From Nematocida ausubeli (taxonomy: Eukaryota): a stretch of DNA of 64,000 nt. Within the stretch, counting starts at the first letter, position 1, and every line of letters starts with the position of its first letter. Shown here piece after piece: positions 10,145-20,794 of this stretch. The position numbers and the translations under genes are program-made. The stretch spans positions 496,001-560,000 of the forward strand of contig NW_026515637.1 of assembly GCF_000738915.1 (NCBI RefSeq), in the 5' to 3' direction. The notes under the pieces are model-generated. The model had not been told where the DNA came from. It made no database searches and worked only from the letters and a program-made list of their open reading frames with translations.

Positions 10145-11638
10145 ATGAAACGATACCTACTCACCATCCACACGAACCCAGTGCCTAAAACAAGCAAAAG
10201 AGAACGTATTGAGGTTGAAAAAGACATTCAGCAAATACTTTTCAAGTCATGCAATGCATATTTAGTTTCAGACAAAATAACACATGCATACACATATTTT
10301 ATAGACCGTCTTAGAATGGAGAGAACAGTCTGCCTGTTCGGCGCACATGATCAAACGCTACAGAAAGCCACAGCCCTCATTTTAGAGCATGAGATAAAAA
10401 GTCCTCGGTTTCGGGTTATGCAACTTCTGGAGCAACTGTCCAGAGTAAAGGCAACAGGGCTGCACTGTTTAAAGCTGCTGGATGCATCCAGGAATAGCCT
10501 GATTAGCAGATTCAATCTCTATAAAAATGTGTATAACATGGAGATACTTCATGACAAAAAAAGAATATTCAACTACTGCAAGATACTTGAAAAGATCTGG
10601 GAGTTTCACAGAAGATACAAGCACTTTTTGTCAATTGTAATCACTCTTTCTCGCATGCTGGAGAAGTGCAATGAGGAGTACACCAAGTCTCATGTGCAAA
10701 AGGCCGAACTTGTTAAGATGGCGCGTGCCTGCGACTTCTACACAGAGGTTCAGAAAGTTACCGACAGGATATTTACATGCATTTTAAACCATACGGAGAT
10801 ATGCAAAGGCGACATAAAAGCCCTCAAGGGCTTTGCCCTATACTACGGTGAATTGGCATATGTCTCCTATGGGGCCTATGGATATGGCTCTCAGGACCTA
10901 CTTTTCCTTTTCTACGAGGTATTTGAAAAAAACGGGCAGATTAAGTCTACGCACAGAATGAACCAGCTGCTTTCCGCTATGGATGTATATGTAAATAGGC
11001 AGATTATTCTGAATGTATATGCATTTCAGAAGTGTAGGAAATCACTCGTCAACATAAACAGCAAAGATGGACTAATTACACCTAGAGCGCTGCTTAATAC
11101 AAATTACTCCAAGGCAAGATACATTATACTTCCATTCTTTCATAAGCTGTCTGGGTATGCTATGATTTTCATGCTTATTCTAAGCAGCATAAAGGATATC
11201 AACTCACTTGCTGCTGGGTTATTCTCTTCTTTAACAGACCTTGTAAAATATGAGCGGGTTTTACTTCTTGTATACCTTCTTCTGAAGACCGGAATGATAT
11301 ATGCCTCAGCTTACTTTGCTCAAATCAATTCGATTATAATATATTCACAATCCCTAAGAGTGAAGCGGGCTATTTCATACTTTATCGATCTTCTTGCAAT
11401 TGTTTGTGTGCTTACTTTTTCCATTATTCTAAAAATTACATGCAATTCTCTTCAAGAGAGCCTGTCCATCAGAACTATAATATTGTTTCCTATTTGCATG
11501 CTTTCTCTTGTTCTTGTTCTAATGGATAATGATCTGCGCCTTCCACCAGTATTCACATATCATACAAAGAAGGAAATACTCCTTCTAGGTCTCTATCTAT
11601 TCAGCCTTGGATCGTGCACATTTTTACGGCTAGAATAA
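10145..11638 (+). CDS. Lineage-specific membrane protein with about 5 C-terminal TM helices (497 aa)
   Basis: Long ORF with a hydrophobic C-terminal third; architecture like 3103..4710. Confidence 0.8.
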   Translation: MKRYLLTIHTNPVPKTSKRERIEVEKDIQQILFKSCNAYLVSDKITHAYTYFIDRLRMERTVCLFGAHDQTLQKATALILEHEIKSPRFRVMQLLEQLSRVKATGLHCLKLLDASRNSLISRFNLYKNVYNMEILHDKKRIFNYCKILEKIWEFHRRYKHFLSIVITLSRMLEKCNEEYTKSHVQKAELVKMARACDFYTEVQKVTDRIFTCILNHTEICKGDIKALKGFALYYGELAYVSYGAYGYGSQDLLFLFYEVFEKNGQIKSTHRMNQLLSAMDVYVNRQIILNVYAFQKCRKSLVNINSKDGLITPRALLNTNYSKARYIILPFFHKLSGYAMIFMLILSSIKDINSLAAGLFSSLTDLVKYERVLLLVYLLLKTGMIYASAYFAQINSIIIYSQSLRVKRAISYFIDLLAIVCVLTFSIILKITCNSLQESLSIRTIILFPICMLSLVLVLMDNDLRLPPVFTYHTKKEILLLGLYLFSLGSCTFLRLE

Positions 11639-12853
11639 CATTTCACATGCATTTATATTTAGAGTTTCTTCTGAAATATCGCATGAGTAAGAGCATTGCA
11701 GTTGTAGAAAATACTGCATTCTAGTTATTTACAACATGCATGTATTTTTTTACTAAATATGGGTTAAGAATAGCAGAGTTTTTCTTCTATTTTATAATTG
11801 TACACAAAACTGTACACTTTTAGTTCTTTGGGATATATTCTAGCTTTACCAGACTTAAATATGATAATAAAATTTATACTATTTGCAGCTCACTTTCAAG
11901 GCCTTGCAGGCTGCTGTTGCTAATAATCTTCTATATTCTATGTTTGTTTTGAGGATACAATCCTTTTTAGATCTCTTTCTATGCACTCGCCAGGTATTAG
12001 TAATCTATGGACACTTTTTATAAGAAAAGACCTGTCTTTTATATGTGAAACCAAAAGCACTGCTGTTTTAATTGAGTGTATTTGAATATGGCTGCATTTT
12101 TATAATATTATATTTTTTGAATGTTCTTGTCTACTAATAGTTAAAATCCTGTGTTCTTGGTAAGTTTTAGAAAATTCTTTAGAAGTGGATAAAAAAGAAA
12201 ACAAAAGTGTCTTTTTCTTTTTATAAGACTCTATCCAGTTGCAAAAGTAAATTCTTACAAAACCAATACTAACCATATTTTCTGGGTCAATTGCTGAGCC
12301 AGCTATAATAATAGCGAGATTTCGGTGAAACCATCACAAAACAATAAATACCCATATAGTATTCAAAAGAATACTGCTGGATAACTTAAGGGTGCCTATA
12401 TAATGTATACATAACTTCTAGGCAGTTTTAAAAGCCAAACACTCTCAAAATTCAACCTCCTGTGGTTACACACTATTACTTTAAAGTGAGTGTATTGTGA
12501 GGGATGTTTTCGGGTTCCGGATGTCAGAGCTAAAAGGTTCTCTAAGTTCCTCCTCTAATGCATAAGGCTAGAGGGGTTAAGACATATATGCACACCAGAA
12601 ATAAAACAAACAGAGATTCCAGAGATTCTACTCTGCAATCTGAGGCAGTATACCATGCTAATAGGTCATTTGGGCATGCACTCACCGTATTTGCTTGCTG
12701 TATTTGCATGTTTTAAGTTTAAATGGAACTAATTACATGCAAAATCTGTTAGTGGGTCCGACCAATTTGCCGGATAGGCTAGCCTTAACGGCGACTTTGT
12801 CTAGGTTAAAATATTGCAGCTCTATGTCTACCATTCACATCATATTGTTTTCA

Positions 12854-14770
12854 TTAAAGTCGTAATCTATCTTTCAGGTATGGATGTGTCTGTACTTTTT
12901 TAATCACTACATCACAGTGTTTTAAGACTAAGTTCTTGTTTGGACTTGCAAATACACTTTCATTTGGACCAATATCCATCTTATTTGCTACAAACCACTC
13001 ATTGCACATGTCATACAGAAGCTGCAACTCTTCCTGGTCTTTTCCAATAATTGCAATGCCATCTATGTAGAGCAGAATCTTTTCCTGGCCCAAGACCTCT
13101 GTTATCCATTCGGGCAAGCTATTGATAAAGATACCAATTAGCAACGGGCTCAACCGAGACCCTTCGCCCACTCCAAGCTGGGGATGCTTCCAGGCTGATC
13201 TTCCCTGCGCTGTCTTCACATACACATTCTGGTGATCAAACAGTTCTTGAATTATGTTCAGTGTTTTGTCGCTTACATCCGGCTGTTCTTTCTTAATTTT
13301 CTCGTACAGAAGCTCTCTGTCAATCGAGTTGTATGCCTGCTTTATGTCAATAAAACACACGTTTCTTGCAGTCCTCGGTTGGCTTGCAAGAATATCATTC
13401 AGATTGTGCATCTTTTCTTTTCTTCCAGGCCTTTTTTTAAAGCTGCATTGGTATTCGCTCAGCTTAATGTTCTTCTTTATCCGCTTTAAGACTGTTCCTT
13501 CAAAGAGCTTTCGCATGCACTCATGCAACATGATCGGCCTATTATTCTCTGACAATGATAAATCCCCCTCCATTGGAATAGGGATAATTCTTGCTCTCTT
13601 CCAGTTGTCTGGAATGCAACCTTGGTCCCAGATGAGCTGGAATGCATCGACAAGTTTTTCTACTGCGCAGGGTGGTAAATGCTGGATAAGTTCGTTGCTG
13701 ATTCCTGAGATACCAGAGGCTTTTCCTTTAGGAAGTTTATTAATGTCCTCTATTAACTCGATAATATTGATGGGTGGGTCACTGCGTAGTATTTTGCTTC
13801 TGTTTTTTATGCACGGCTTCCTCTGCACCCCACAGTGCAGTGCCTTCTCCCGCGCCTCAAGGCGCTTTTTTGCAGAGTCATTCAATGATCCATCTCCCTT
13901 GATAAAGTGATTTAACAGAGCGTTTGCATCAGCTGTCGTCTGCGCGCCTTCCTCAACCTTTGCTTCTGTCGGCGCACACTTACTAATAGGAGACACTCTT
14001 CCTTTGTTGAAAGTCTTGTCCTTAGCATATATTTCCTTTAAAGGATTACAAGATTTCTTGCTAATGGTGGGGTAGATTCCTTCTGTAGGTTCGCTGGTTT
14101 CCACAATTTTGTTTATCGCGGGTTCACAGGTGCTTGAAATATCTAATGTGTGCCCCATGGGCATTGACTTCAATTTCTGGTCATTATTAATCAATGGCTT
14201 TTCCTCTTTAGTATTATGCTGAGGGCTTGTGCTACTTCGGTTTGTGAACTCAGTGTGTTCGGTTTTTGCATGTTCTGTGGTTTCACAGCTCATTATTTCA
14301 AAAGGAGATGTCTTCAGCTCCACACTCTGCTGTGTTGGGTGTTGAACAGTCGTGGCTATATCAGGCGTACAGTCACTTTTGCAAGTCTGCCTGACCATGT
14401 GAGTAAGTGGCCTGTTGGCATTCCTAACAAGGGGGCGCTTACTACTAAAGCACTCCGTTTTACAAATAAATTTGCACATCTTGACGCCATCTATCAGAGT
14501 CTCTCCACTTTTTTCAAGAGTTTTCAAACCACACTTTGGACAAGTCATTTTGTCCATTTTTTCTTTATTTCTTTCTACTATCTTTAACTTTTCTATATAA
14601 TCCTTGGGGGAAAGCTCATTTTTCTGATCTTCCATAATCGGGAAAACACTTGAAGTATGTTGTTTTTCCCCTTGCAACATGGTGTTTTCTGTGGTTTCTT
14701 TCTGACTAGAGACCTCAAAGCCGCTCTCTTGGTTATACCCCTTGCTCCTGTATAATGGAAAATTTTGCAT
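12854..14770 (-). mobile_element. Non-LTR (LINE-type) reverse transcriptase-derived ORF, catalytically degenerate and C-terminally truncated (638 aa)
   Basis: RT motifs 'KASGISGI', 'IPDNWKRARIIPI', 'NRPIML', 'CFIDIKQAYNSID', 'GVGEGSRLSPLL', 'LLYIDG', 'HPYL'; N-terminal CPKC...CKTEC zinc ribbon; no endonuclease seen. Confidence 0.85.
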
Positions 14771-15003
14771 ATCGTTATATTTTATGAGTCTACATTTTAA
14801 GCTAAATCAGAATAGTCGTCTATTTCTGTTTTTGAAAGATATTTATATTAGAACACATGCAGTCTGTTATTTGAATACGTTGTAAATGCTTTATTTGCGA
14901 AAGATCCTATAGCCCTTAATGTCCTTTTAGAGCATTAATTGGTTAATGTCTATTTAAGGTCTTTTGAAATAGCCTGAATTTATAATATTTTGCACACTCT
15001 CCA

Positions 15004-15834
15004 ATGAAGAAAGACACACCATTCACTTTCACAAATCCAAAAACAACAATAGCCAGTGATCCATGCACAGATACTTCAGATGTTTTTCGTGCAGAGCGTA
15101 AACTATCTTTGATGTATACAGATAGAATAGCTTCTTTAAGCACTCCCACTAAACCAGAAGCTAAAAACTTGTTCTTCGGTATAGATTCAGACGAAAAAAA
15201 TAAAAGTACTGCTGAGGATCAGAGGCTTAAGGCACACTGGAATACTGAGGAAAATTCTTTTTGGATTAAAGATATAGGATATAGAGAAGAAGTTCAAAAA
15301 GTAATCAAAGCAATAGCTAAAGAGATAAAACTCTTACATATGCCTGTACCGATGATTGACAATCTAGGTTTTATCTTTAAGCAGACAGAAGATCTAGCTG
15401 CACAGGCAGCCTCGTTTAAGGTTGGCCTGATAGCAGCAAGCATAGATCTGAATTCTAGACCGGATCTTGCATGTTTACGAGCAGAACTAGTAGAATACAG
15501 CAGAAGTCTCATAGTAATGGAGAAGTTTGGCATTGTTATTGAGTGGAAGGATGTTGAAAAATTCTTATTGCATGTTATAACAAAATGTAATGTAGAAAGG
15601 ACGTATAAGCTTCCCACGCTTGATAACTGCCAAGGAAACTGGATAACCTGGATAGGAAAGGTCCTTGATGACATATCCAATAATAGATACTCATTCAAAG
15701 CTCTCTTTCTGCAAATTAAAAAAAACCCTTCTCGTTTCCCCACTAAGTGGGATAGAATTAACTATGACAGAAGCATGCATCAAATACACGCTGATATGCT
15801 TATTTGTCTACCAAGTGAGTATATAAAAAAATAA
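15004..15834 (+). CDS. Hypothetical protein (276 aa), divergent from the RT ORF
   Basis: Long ORF with protein-like composition; no recognised motif. Confidence 0.7.
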   Translation: MKKDTPFTFTNPKTTIASDPCTDTSDVFRAERKLSLMYTDRIASLSTPTKPEAKNLFFGIDSDEKNKSTAEDQRLKAHWNTEENSFWIKDIGYREEVQKVIKAIAKEIKLLHMPVPMIDNLGFIFKQTEDLAAQAASFKVGLIAASIDLNSRPDLACLRAELVEYSRSLIVMEKFGIVIEWKDVEKFLLHVITKCNVERTYKLPTLDNCQGNWITWIGKVLDDISNNRYSFKALFLQIKKNPSRFPTKWDRINYDRSMHQIHADMLICLPSEYIKK

Positions 15835-17078
15835 AAATCAGAATAACATACATAACATGGTCAAAAATAGTGAGAATACAGTTTTAAGGAATAATATGGC
15901 AAAAACTCTATAGAATAAATTAATTCTTCTCAAAAAGATAAGTAAGATGTTTATTTATAGAAATCATAAGTGTTTTAAGACATTATGGCAGTAAATAAAC
16001 TCTTATGAAACTGGAAGAGTGCAAAGGTTGTATAGAAAAATAGCTTTGGATAGAACTTCTTGTTGTATTTTATTATGGGTGTTGGCTTGATATACTTTGA
16101 ATTATTTACAATCATAATACGCTGAATTATCCTTAACGGATTTGCCCATTTATAAAGAAAGTCCGCGATTTCCCACGCATAGAAATATGTTACTACACAT
16201 TGAAAATGGAGTAATTTTTATATGAATTTACTTCGCATGAAACTAGATACTTTGCATTTTAGCATACTTAGAGGGGCAAAGACTATTGAAAGAACTTGCC
16301 GCCATATACTATATGTTTAGTTGCAAAAGAGCCTGCTCTTCCTTGGTGCTATGCTTTTTTAATTAAGTTCTTTCGCTGCTCTATTGTATACCATGCAGAC
16401 ACGTATTATAGTGAATACTATGTGCACTATAACTTTCTTCCAGCATCCCTGCTAATACTTGCCTAAACAGAAAATGCTACTCTACAGAGAAAATGACCAG
16501 CTATGACTTGTTTTTCTATAGACTTTAAATACGCGCATCTTTCTAGCTATTCTTTACTTAATTCTTGCTGGAAATACATAAACTATAACCATCTGAGAAT
16601 AATTACTATATGCAAAGTCAATACAGACCCACACATGCCTGATCTAAAAGAACGGATTCATACATTTAGATACACAACTCAATAAATATAACTAGCAAGA
16701 AAGCCTTGCGCTATAACCTTGCTTACTTCTCAAGAATTTCTTCATATCCCTAAAAATAGTTAAATTATCCGGCATGTTTTCACTAGCCTTCTAGACCCTT
16801 CTTTTTATCCAGTAATTATTGAAATTCCAATTATTCCAGCGCATACATAATTAAAAAGCGTCTAGTATATATAAAATATACACCAAACTATTTGATATAT
16901 TGATCTTAAAGTGAAATGCATTTGTACATAGTATGCAAACAAACAACGATAGCAATGTCCTAAGAGGAAGCGGCAGAGGCAGAAAATAACAGAGTAATAG
17001 AAACAGATTTCCAAGCCCTAATGTATCTAATTAGAACCGCCTTAATTGTCTAGAATAGCCCGGCAATTAATTCTAAAG

Positions 17079-17086
17079 TATAAATA
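17079..17086 (+). promoter_or_regulatory. TATA box (TATAAATA) upstream of the 17114 CDS
   Basis: Canonical TATAWAWR ending 27 bp before the ATG. Confidence 0.6.
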
Positions 17087-17113
17087 ACACATTCCTCTGA
17101 GTAAACAAAATAA

Positions 17114-18760
17114 ATGACAGCAGAATTGAAGACCAGAGACATGGAAACATTCCAGACTGAATCCCCTCAAGGCAGAAGGCGATATGCAAAGGCATTTGTG
17201 GGTATACGAAAAAAAGTAGCAAGTGGGTTCTCAAAGTTTATGGGGTTTATCACTTGCAGAGGTGATACATTTGTAAACATAGAAGAGGCTGAAGAAGATC
17301 AAGAAGAAGAGCTTGAACCGAGAAACGATAGAATATATCTGTTGCCAGTTCCTAAATCTGAGGAGATGCACATTAAGGAACAAATTACGCCATCTGTTGT
17401 GAAGGATGTATGCGATGAAGTAGAAGTCGCCTCGCCCGCAGCTGAAACAATCAAGACACACCCTTCTCCTACAGAGCCGATCCAAGTAAGCAGCCCAGCC
17501 GCAGATGAGATTGTTCCTGTAAAGGAAGAGAAAGCTCCCGTGCCCGACACTATCAAAGCCTCTGAGCCCGTGGTTGAGGAAAAGAAGAAGAAGGTGACCT
17601 TCTCTGATGACTCTCCAATTATTGCAGAGGAAAAGAAAGCAGAAAAGGTCGTTGCAGCCAAAGTAGAGCCTGTGCCCTACTCCAAAGCAGTCAAAAACAA
17701 TGAAGCTGTTCTGGAACATGTGGTCAAGTTTATCTCTACTATAGAGAGTATAGTAAACCATGCTAGCCCAATGAAAGATGCATCATATGCTCCCGTTCTA
17801 CTGCTCTTTTATCTTAAGCAAGAGAATTATAATATCTCTCGCGATCTGCAGCTTGCTGAAGTGGCCTTCCATGCAGTAGACACAGCCCCCGAAGAGGACC
17901 TGCACTCTGATGTGGTCACATACTTGGTGGCAGATGGGCTGGAGCCTACCATATGCATTAACTACTGGATGGCATACAAGGTGGACTTGGAGAACTCCTA
18001 CTCTTCTCTGTACAAGGCAGTTGTTAGCACACTTTTGGAAACTAACAAGGCAAATACAAGAAGTGAAAAGATGCTTGTTTTTTATAAAGAAGTACTTATG
18101 TGTGTAAGAAATATTGTGTCATATGCCCTGGCCGAGATGCATGAAGAAAGAGATGCGGATTTTGTGGAAGATACAATGTTTACAGAGCTGATTGAGAAAT
18201 TGATGCGCCGACCTCATGTAAAAGAGTATTTGCAAATTAGACATCCAAATCGTGTTATAGAATCTGTAATACGCCCAGAGAATACAGTCAAGCCGCAAGT
18301 AGCTCTAGAAAGTGTGTTGGAGGAAAAAATAGTAGAGCACACTGACCCAAAACCCAAGAATAAAGACAGTTCCATGGCAGATTTAGAAAAGGAAGAACCA
18401 TCTGAAGTTCTTTCAAACACTACACAAAAGAGCGAAGAGGTAGAAGAAAGCAAAGATGTATCCACCCCCACATCAGAGCAGCCTTTGCCTGCCAATTCTT
18501 CTGTAGAGAATGCCTGCACCCCAAGCACGCCTGCTCTTGCTTTGTACCCACAAGAAAGTATGCTAGAAGAGGCTGTAGGAGAATCTGAGAAGAACGAAAA
18601 TGCCACAATTACAGAATTTCAGCTTGCGGAAGAGCCCACTACTAGTTTGGAAGAGTCAAATGAAGAGGAAACACAATCTACAGCAGATCCCCTCATTAAT
18701 GATTTAGAAGCGAGTCCTCTTTTTCTAAAGCAAAAGAGTAAACACAATCTACTCTCGTAA
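17114..18760 (+). CDS. Hypothetical acidic, low-complexity protein with a central helical domain and an RVxF-like motif (548 aa)
   Basis: Long ORF; E/P/K-rich flanks; 'KKKKVTFSDD'. Confidence 0.8.
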   Translation: MTAELKTRDMETFQTESPQGRRRYAKAFVGIRKKVASGFSKFMGFITCRGDTFVNIEEAEEDQEEELEPRNDRIYLLPVPKSEEMHIKEQITPSVVKDVCDEVEVASPAAETIKTHPSPTEPIQVSSPAADEIVPVKEEKAPVPDTIKASEPVVEEKKKKVTFSDDSPIIAEEKKAEKVVAAKVEPVPYSKAVKNNEAVLEHVVKFISTIESIVNHASPMKDASYAPVLLLFYLKQENYNISRDLQLAEVAFHAVDTAPEEDLHSDVVTYLVADGLEPTICINYWMAYKVDLENSYSSLYKAVVSTLLETNKANTRSEKMLVFYKEVLMCVRNIVSYALAEMHEERDADFVEDTMFTELIEKLMRRPHVKEYLQIRHPNRVIESVIRPENTVKPQVALESVLEEKIVEHTDPKPKNKDSSMADLEKEEPSEVLSNTTQKSEEVEESKDVSTPTSEQPLPANSSVENACTPSTPALALYPQESMLEEAVGESEKNENATITEFQLAEEPTTSLEESNEEETQSTADPLINDLEASPLFLKQKSKHNLLS

Positions 18761-19892
18761 TGCACCGATCAGAAAAATCTGACTATTCTAGATGCCAACT
18801 TTAGCTATCACAATACATCATCTTGTAATAAACATAATATCACATAACGCTCTCTTTAACTTATTCTAAACATCTTAAGACACACTTATTCTAAACAATT
18901 AGCTCTTTACTATTTGTATGCTGCATTTTCTCAAGAATATCTTGGCCTGCACTTTTTTAATTGCAAGGCTACAAGAATAAATATGTGCAAATATTCATGT
19001 ACTTTTTTAATGGCTAAATAATTAAAGCGCATATTATTTTAGCCAATTCAGGATAAATGTAAAAATAAAACTGCTTTGAAAACATCTTTAATTCTCTTAG
19101 GATAGCACTATAAACAAGCTAATTGACATAAAACACTTTACACCAACTATATGAGCCTTTTGCACATCTCTTTCTGTTTGCGAATGTATTATTCTACTAT
19201 TCCTGCAATATAACCTAAATTAACACTCTAGTGTATTACATACTCTCTCAAGTATTTTCTTGTGGTTATTTGAAAATTGGTTTGACAATCGCATAGAAGT
19301 AGAATTTACATGGCCTAAAGGTAGCTCAAAAGGAACAAAATCTTGTTGTATGAAGAACTTTTATTACTTTAGCAAACATATTCTTGCCATATGTTCTTTG
19401 CCCGAATTTGTCTAAACTATTCTGGTATTTTGTATTCCTTGTAAAATTATATTTAGTTATATTCGAGGGCTGTTTGCAAAGTTAGTATAATATTTCTATT
19501 GTAACTACTTTATTTTAGAACTCTCTATAATAACAAGAGGTTTATGAAGAAGTGGTAATTTTCTTCGGGTTATGCACTAAGTAGGTTTAAAGATAATTAA
19601 AAGATATTTTGTTATATCATACAGGCATATGTATACAATGAAAAGTGAACTGCCACTACGCTTAGATGTCAACTAATTCTAATTAAGGAAAACTCAGCTT
19701 TTTTGTAAATGCACTACATATAAAGTGTTTCTTAAGGTATACGCTCTAACCCACTAGTTCCCTCTTTTATACTACAAGCATTCTACACAGTACTTTCTTT
19801 CTCCTTAACAACATTCTTGTTCTTTTCTAAGTACTATATACCTATATGCCAGCCCTGCCCAAGGTTCTTGTGTCAATGAAGAGATTAATATA

Positions 19893-20045
19893 TAAGGGGG
19901 CCTCGGCCTACTGCCCCCACACCACTTCCCTGCCAGCCCAAATGCCCACTAGTGGCGCTTTACATCCGCACTGATCCACAGCACTGAGTGTTTCCATACC
20001 CGACTGTTATGCGTCTGTGGCTGAGAAGTCTCTCGCACTGCGAAT
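19893..20045 (-). other. Candidate small transcript: structured ncRNA or a 29-aa small ORF (19908..19997)
   Basis: TATAAATA on the - strand at 20065-20072; GC-rich ~150 nt with stems CCACAG/CTGTGG and GGGGGC/GCCCCC; ORF METLSAVDQCGCKAPLVGIWAGREVVWGQ. Confidence 0.35.
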
Positions 20046-20064
20046 AAAAGACAGAGTTTTCGCG

Positions 20065-20072
20065 TATTTATA
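20065..20072 (-). promoter_or_regulatory. TATA box (TATAAATA, - strand)
   Basis: The + strand reads tatttata; same octamer as at 17079 and 20762. Confidence 0.45.
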
Positions 20073-20761
20073 GACCGCATTTTATTTTTTTCCTTTTTCG
20101 TCAGCAATTTCCCTCTCCGCACTTTTTTGCCCCTGCAAACCGAAGGAGGGGGGCATTTTCCCTGAAATTCCTGTGTTTTGCCCTGCTGAGCGCCCCTGCA
20201 AAAAATATTTTCTCAGGTGTTTTTTTTGAGATGGGTCTCCTGCCCAGAAAGGGCGTGCGCATCCATACTGCAGCGAGGGCAGAGACACTCTGCATATGTG
20301 TGTGTACGGCAGAGCTCCTAGAAGGGTAGCTGTGTCCGAGAGGCAGAGAGTGCAGACTGTTCTGTGAAAGGACCCTACTCTCTATAACTCACACATGCCA
20401 TAAAGAGAGCAACAAAAAGAGTGCGCCTACATCTTTCAACTCTGTCTGTACTCTGGCTAGTAGTGCAGTCTGAGGTATTCAAGCCAGCCTGTCTGTTTAT
20501 ATCCACTGCATATGTACTGCATATCACAGTATAGCACCTGTGCTCTGCGCTATACCCTCTGTGTGTGAGGCACACAGCCATGCTGCGCAATTCCTGCGCA
20601 ATTTACCCTTACTCGGCTATATTGGGGGTCTAGCCCCCATAGACCGGTCTATATTCACTTTAGAGCGGGTCTTCTTGCATATTAAAAAGTATATGCGCGC
20701 TTTGAGCGATATTGGGGGCACCCAGAATGGGTAAATTAAGGTCTATTTTCCAAAATATAAG

Positions 20762-20769
20762 TATAAATA
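20762..20769 (+). promoter_or_regulatory. TATA box (TATAAATA, + strand)
   Basis: Canonical octamer about 35 nt before the structured repeat region. Confidence 0.5.
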
Positions 20770-20794
20770 GAGCATAAATCTGTAAAAATATTCC

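Noticed and set aside
7701..14770. Integrase and RT as parts of one retroelement
   Set aside because: Opposite strands, separated by an unrelated gene, and the RT is LINE-type while the integrase is gypsy/Ginger-type
19746..19752. CTAACCC as a telomerase RNA template
   Set aside because: Only about one repeat long with no alignment extension; expected by chance
20019..20032. 'GACTTCTCAGCC' (- strand) resembling the 5' end of U2 snRNA
   Set aside because: No GUAGUA branch-pairing sequence or Sm site follows
20082..20734. Short 64-71 aa ORFs in the GC-richer core of the gap
   Set aside because: Mostly non-ATG starts, mutually overlapping, no protein-like motif
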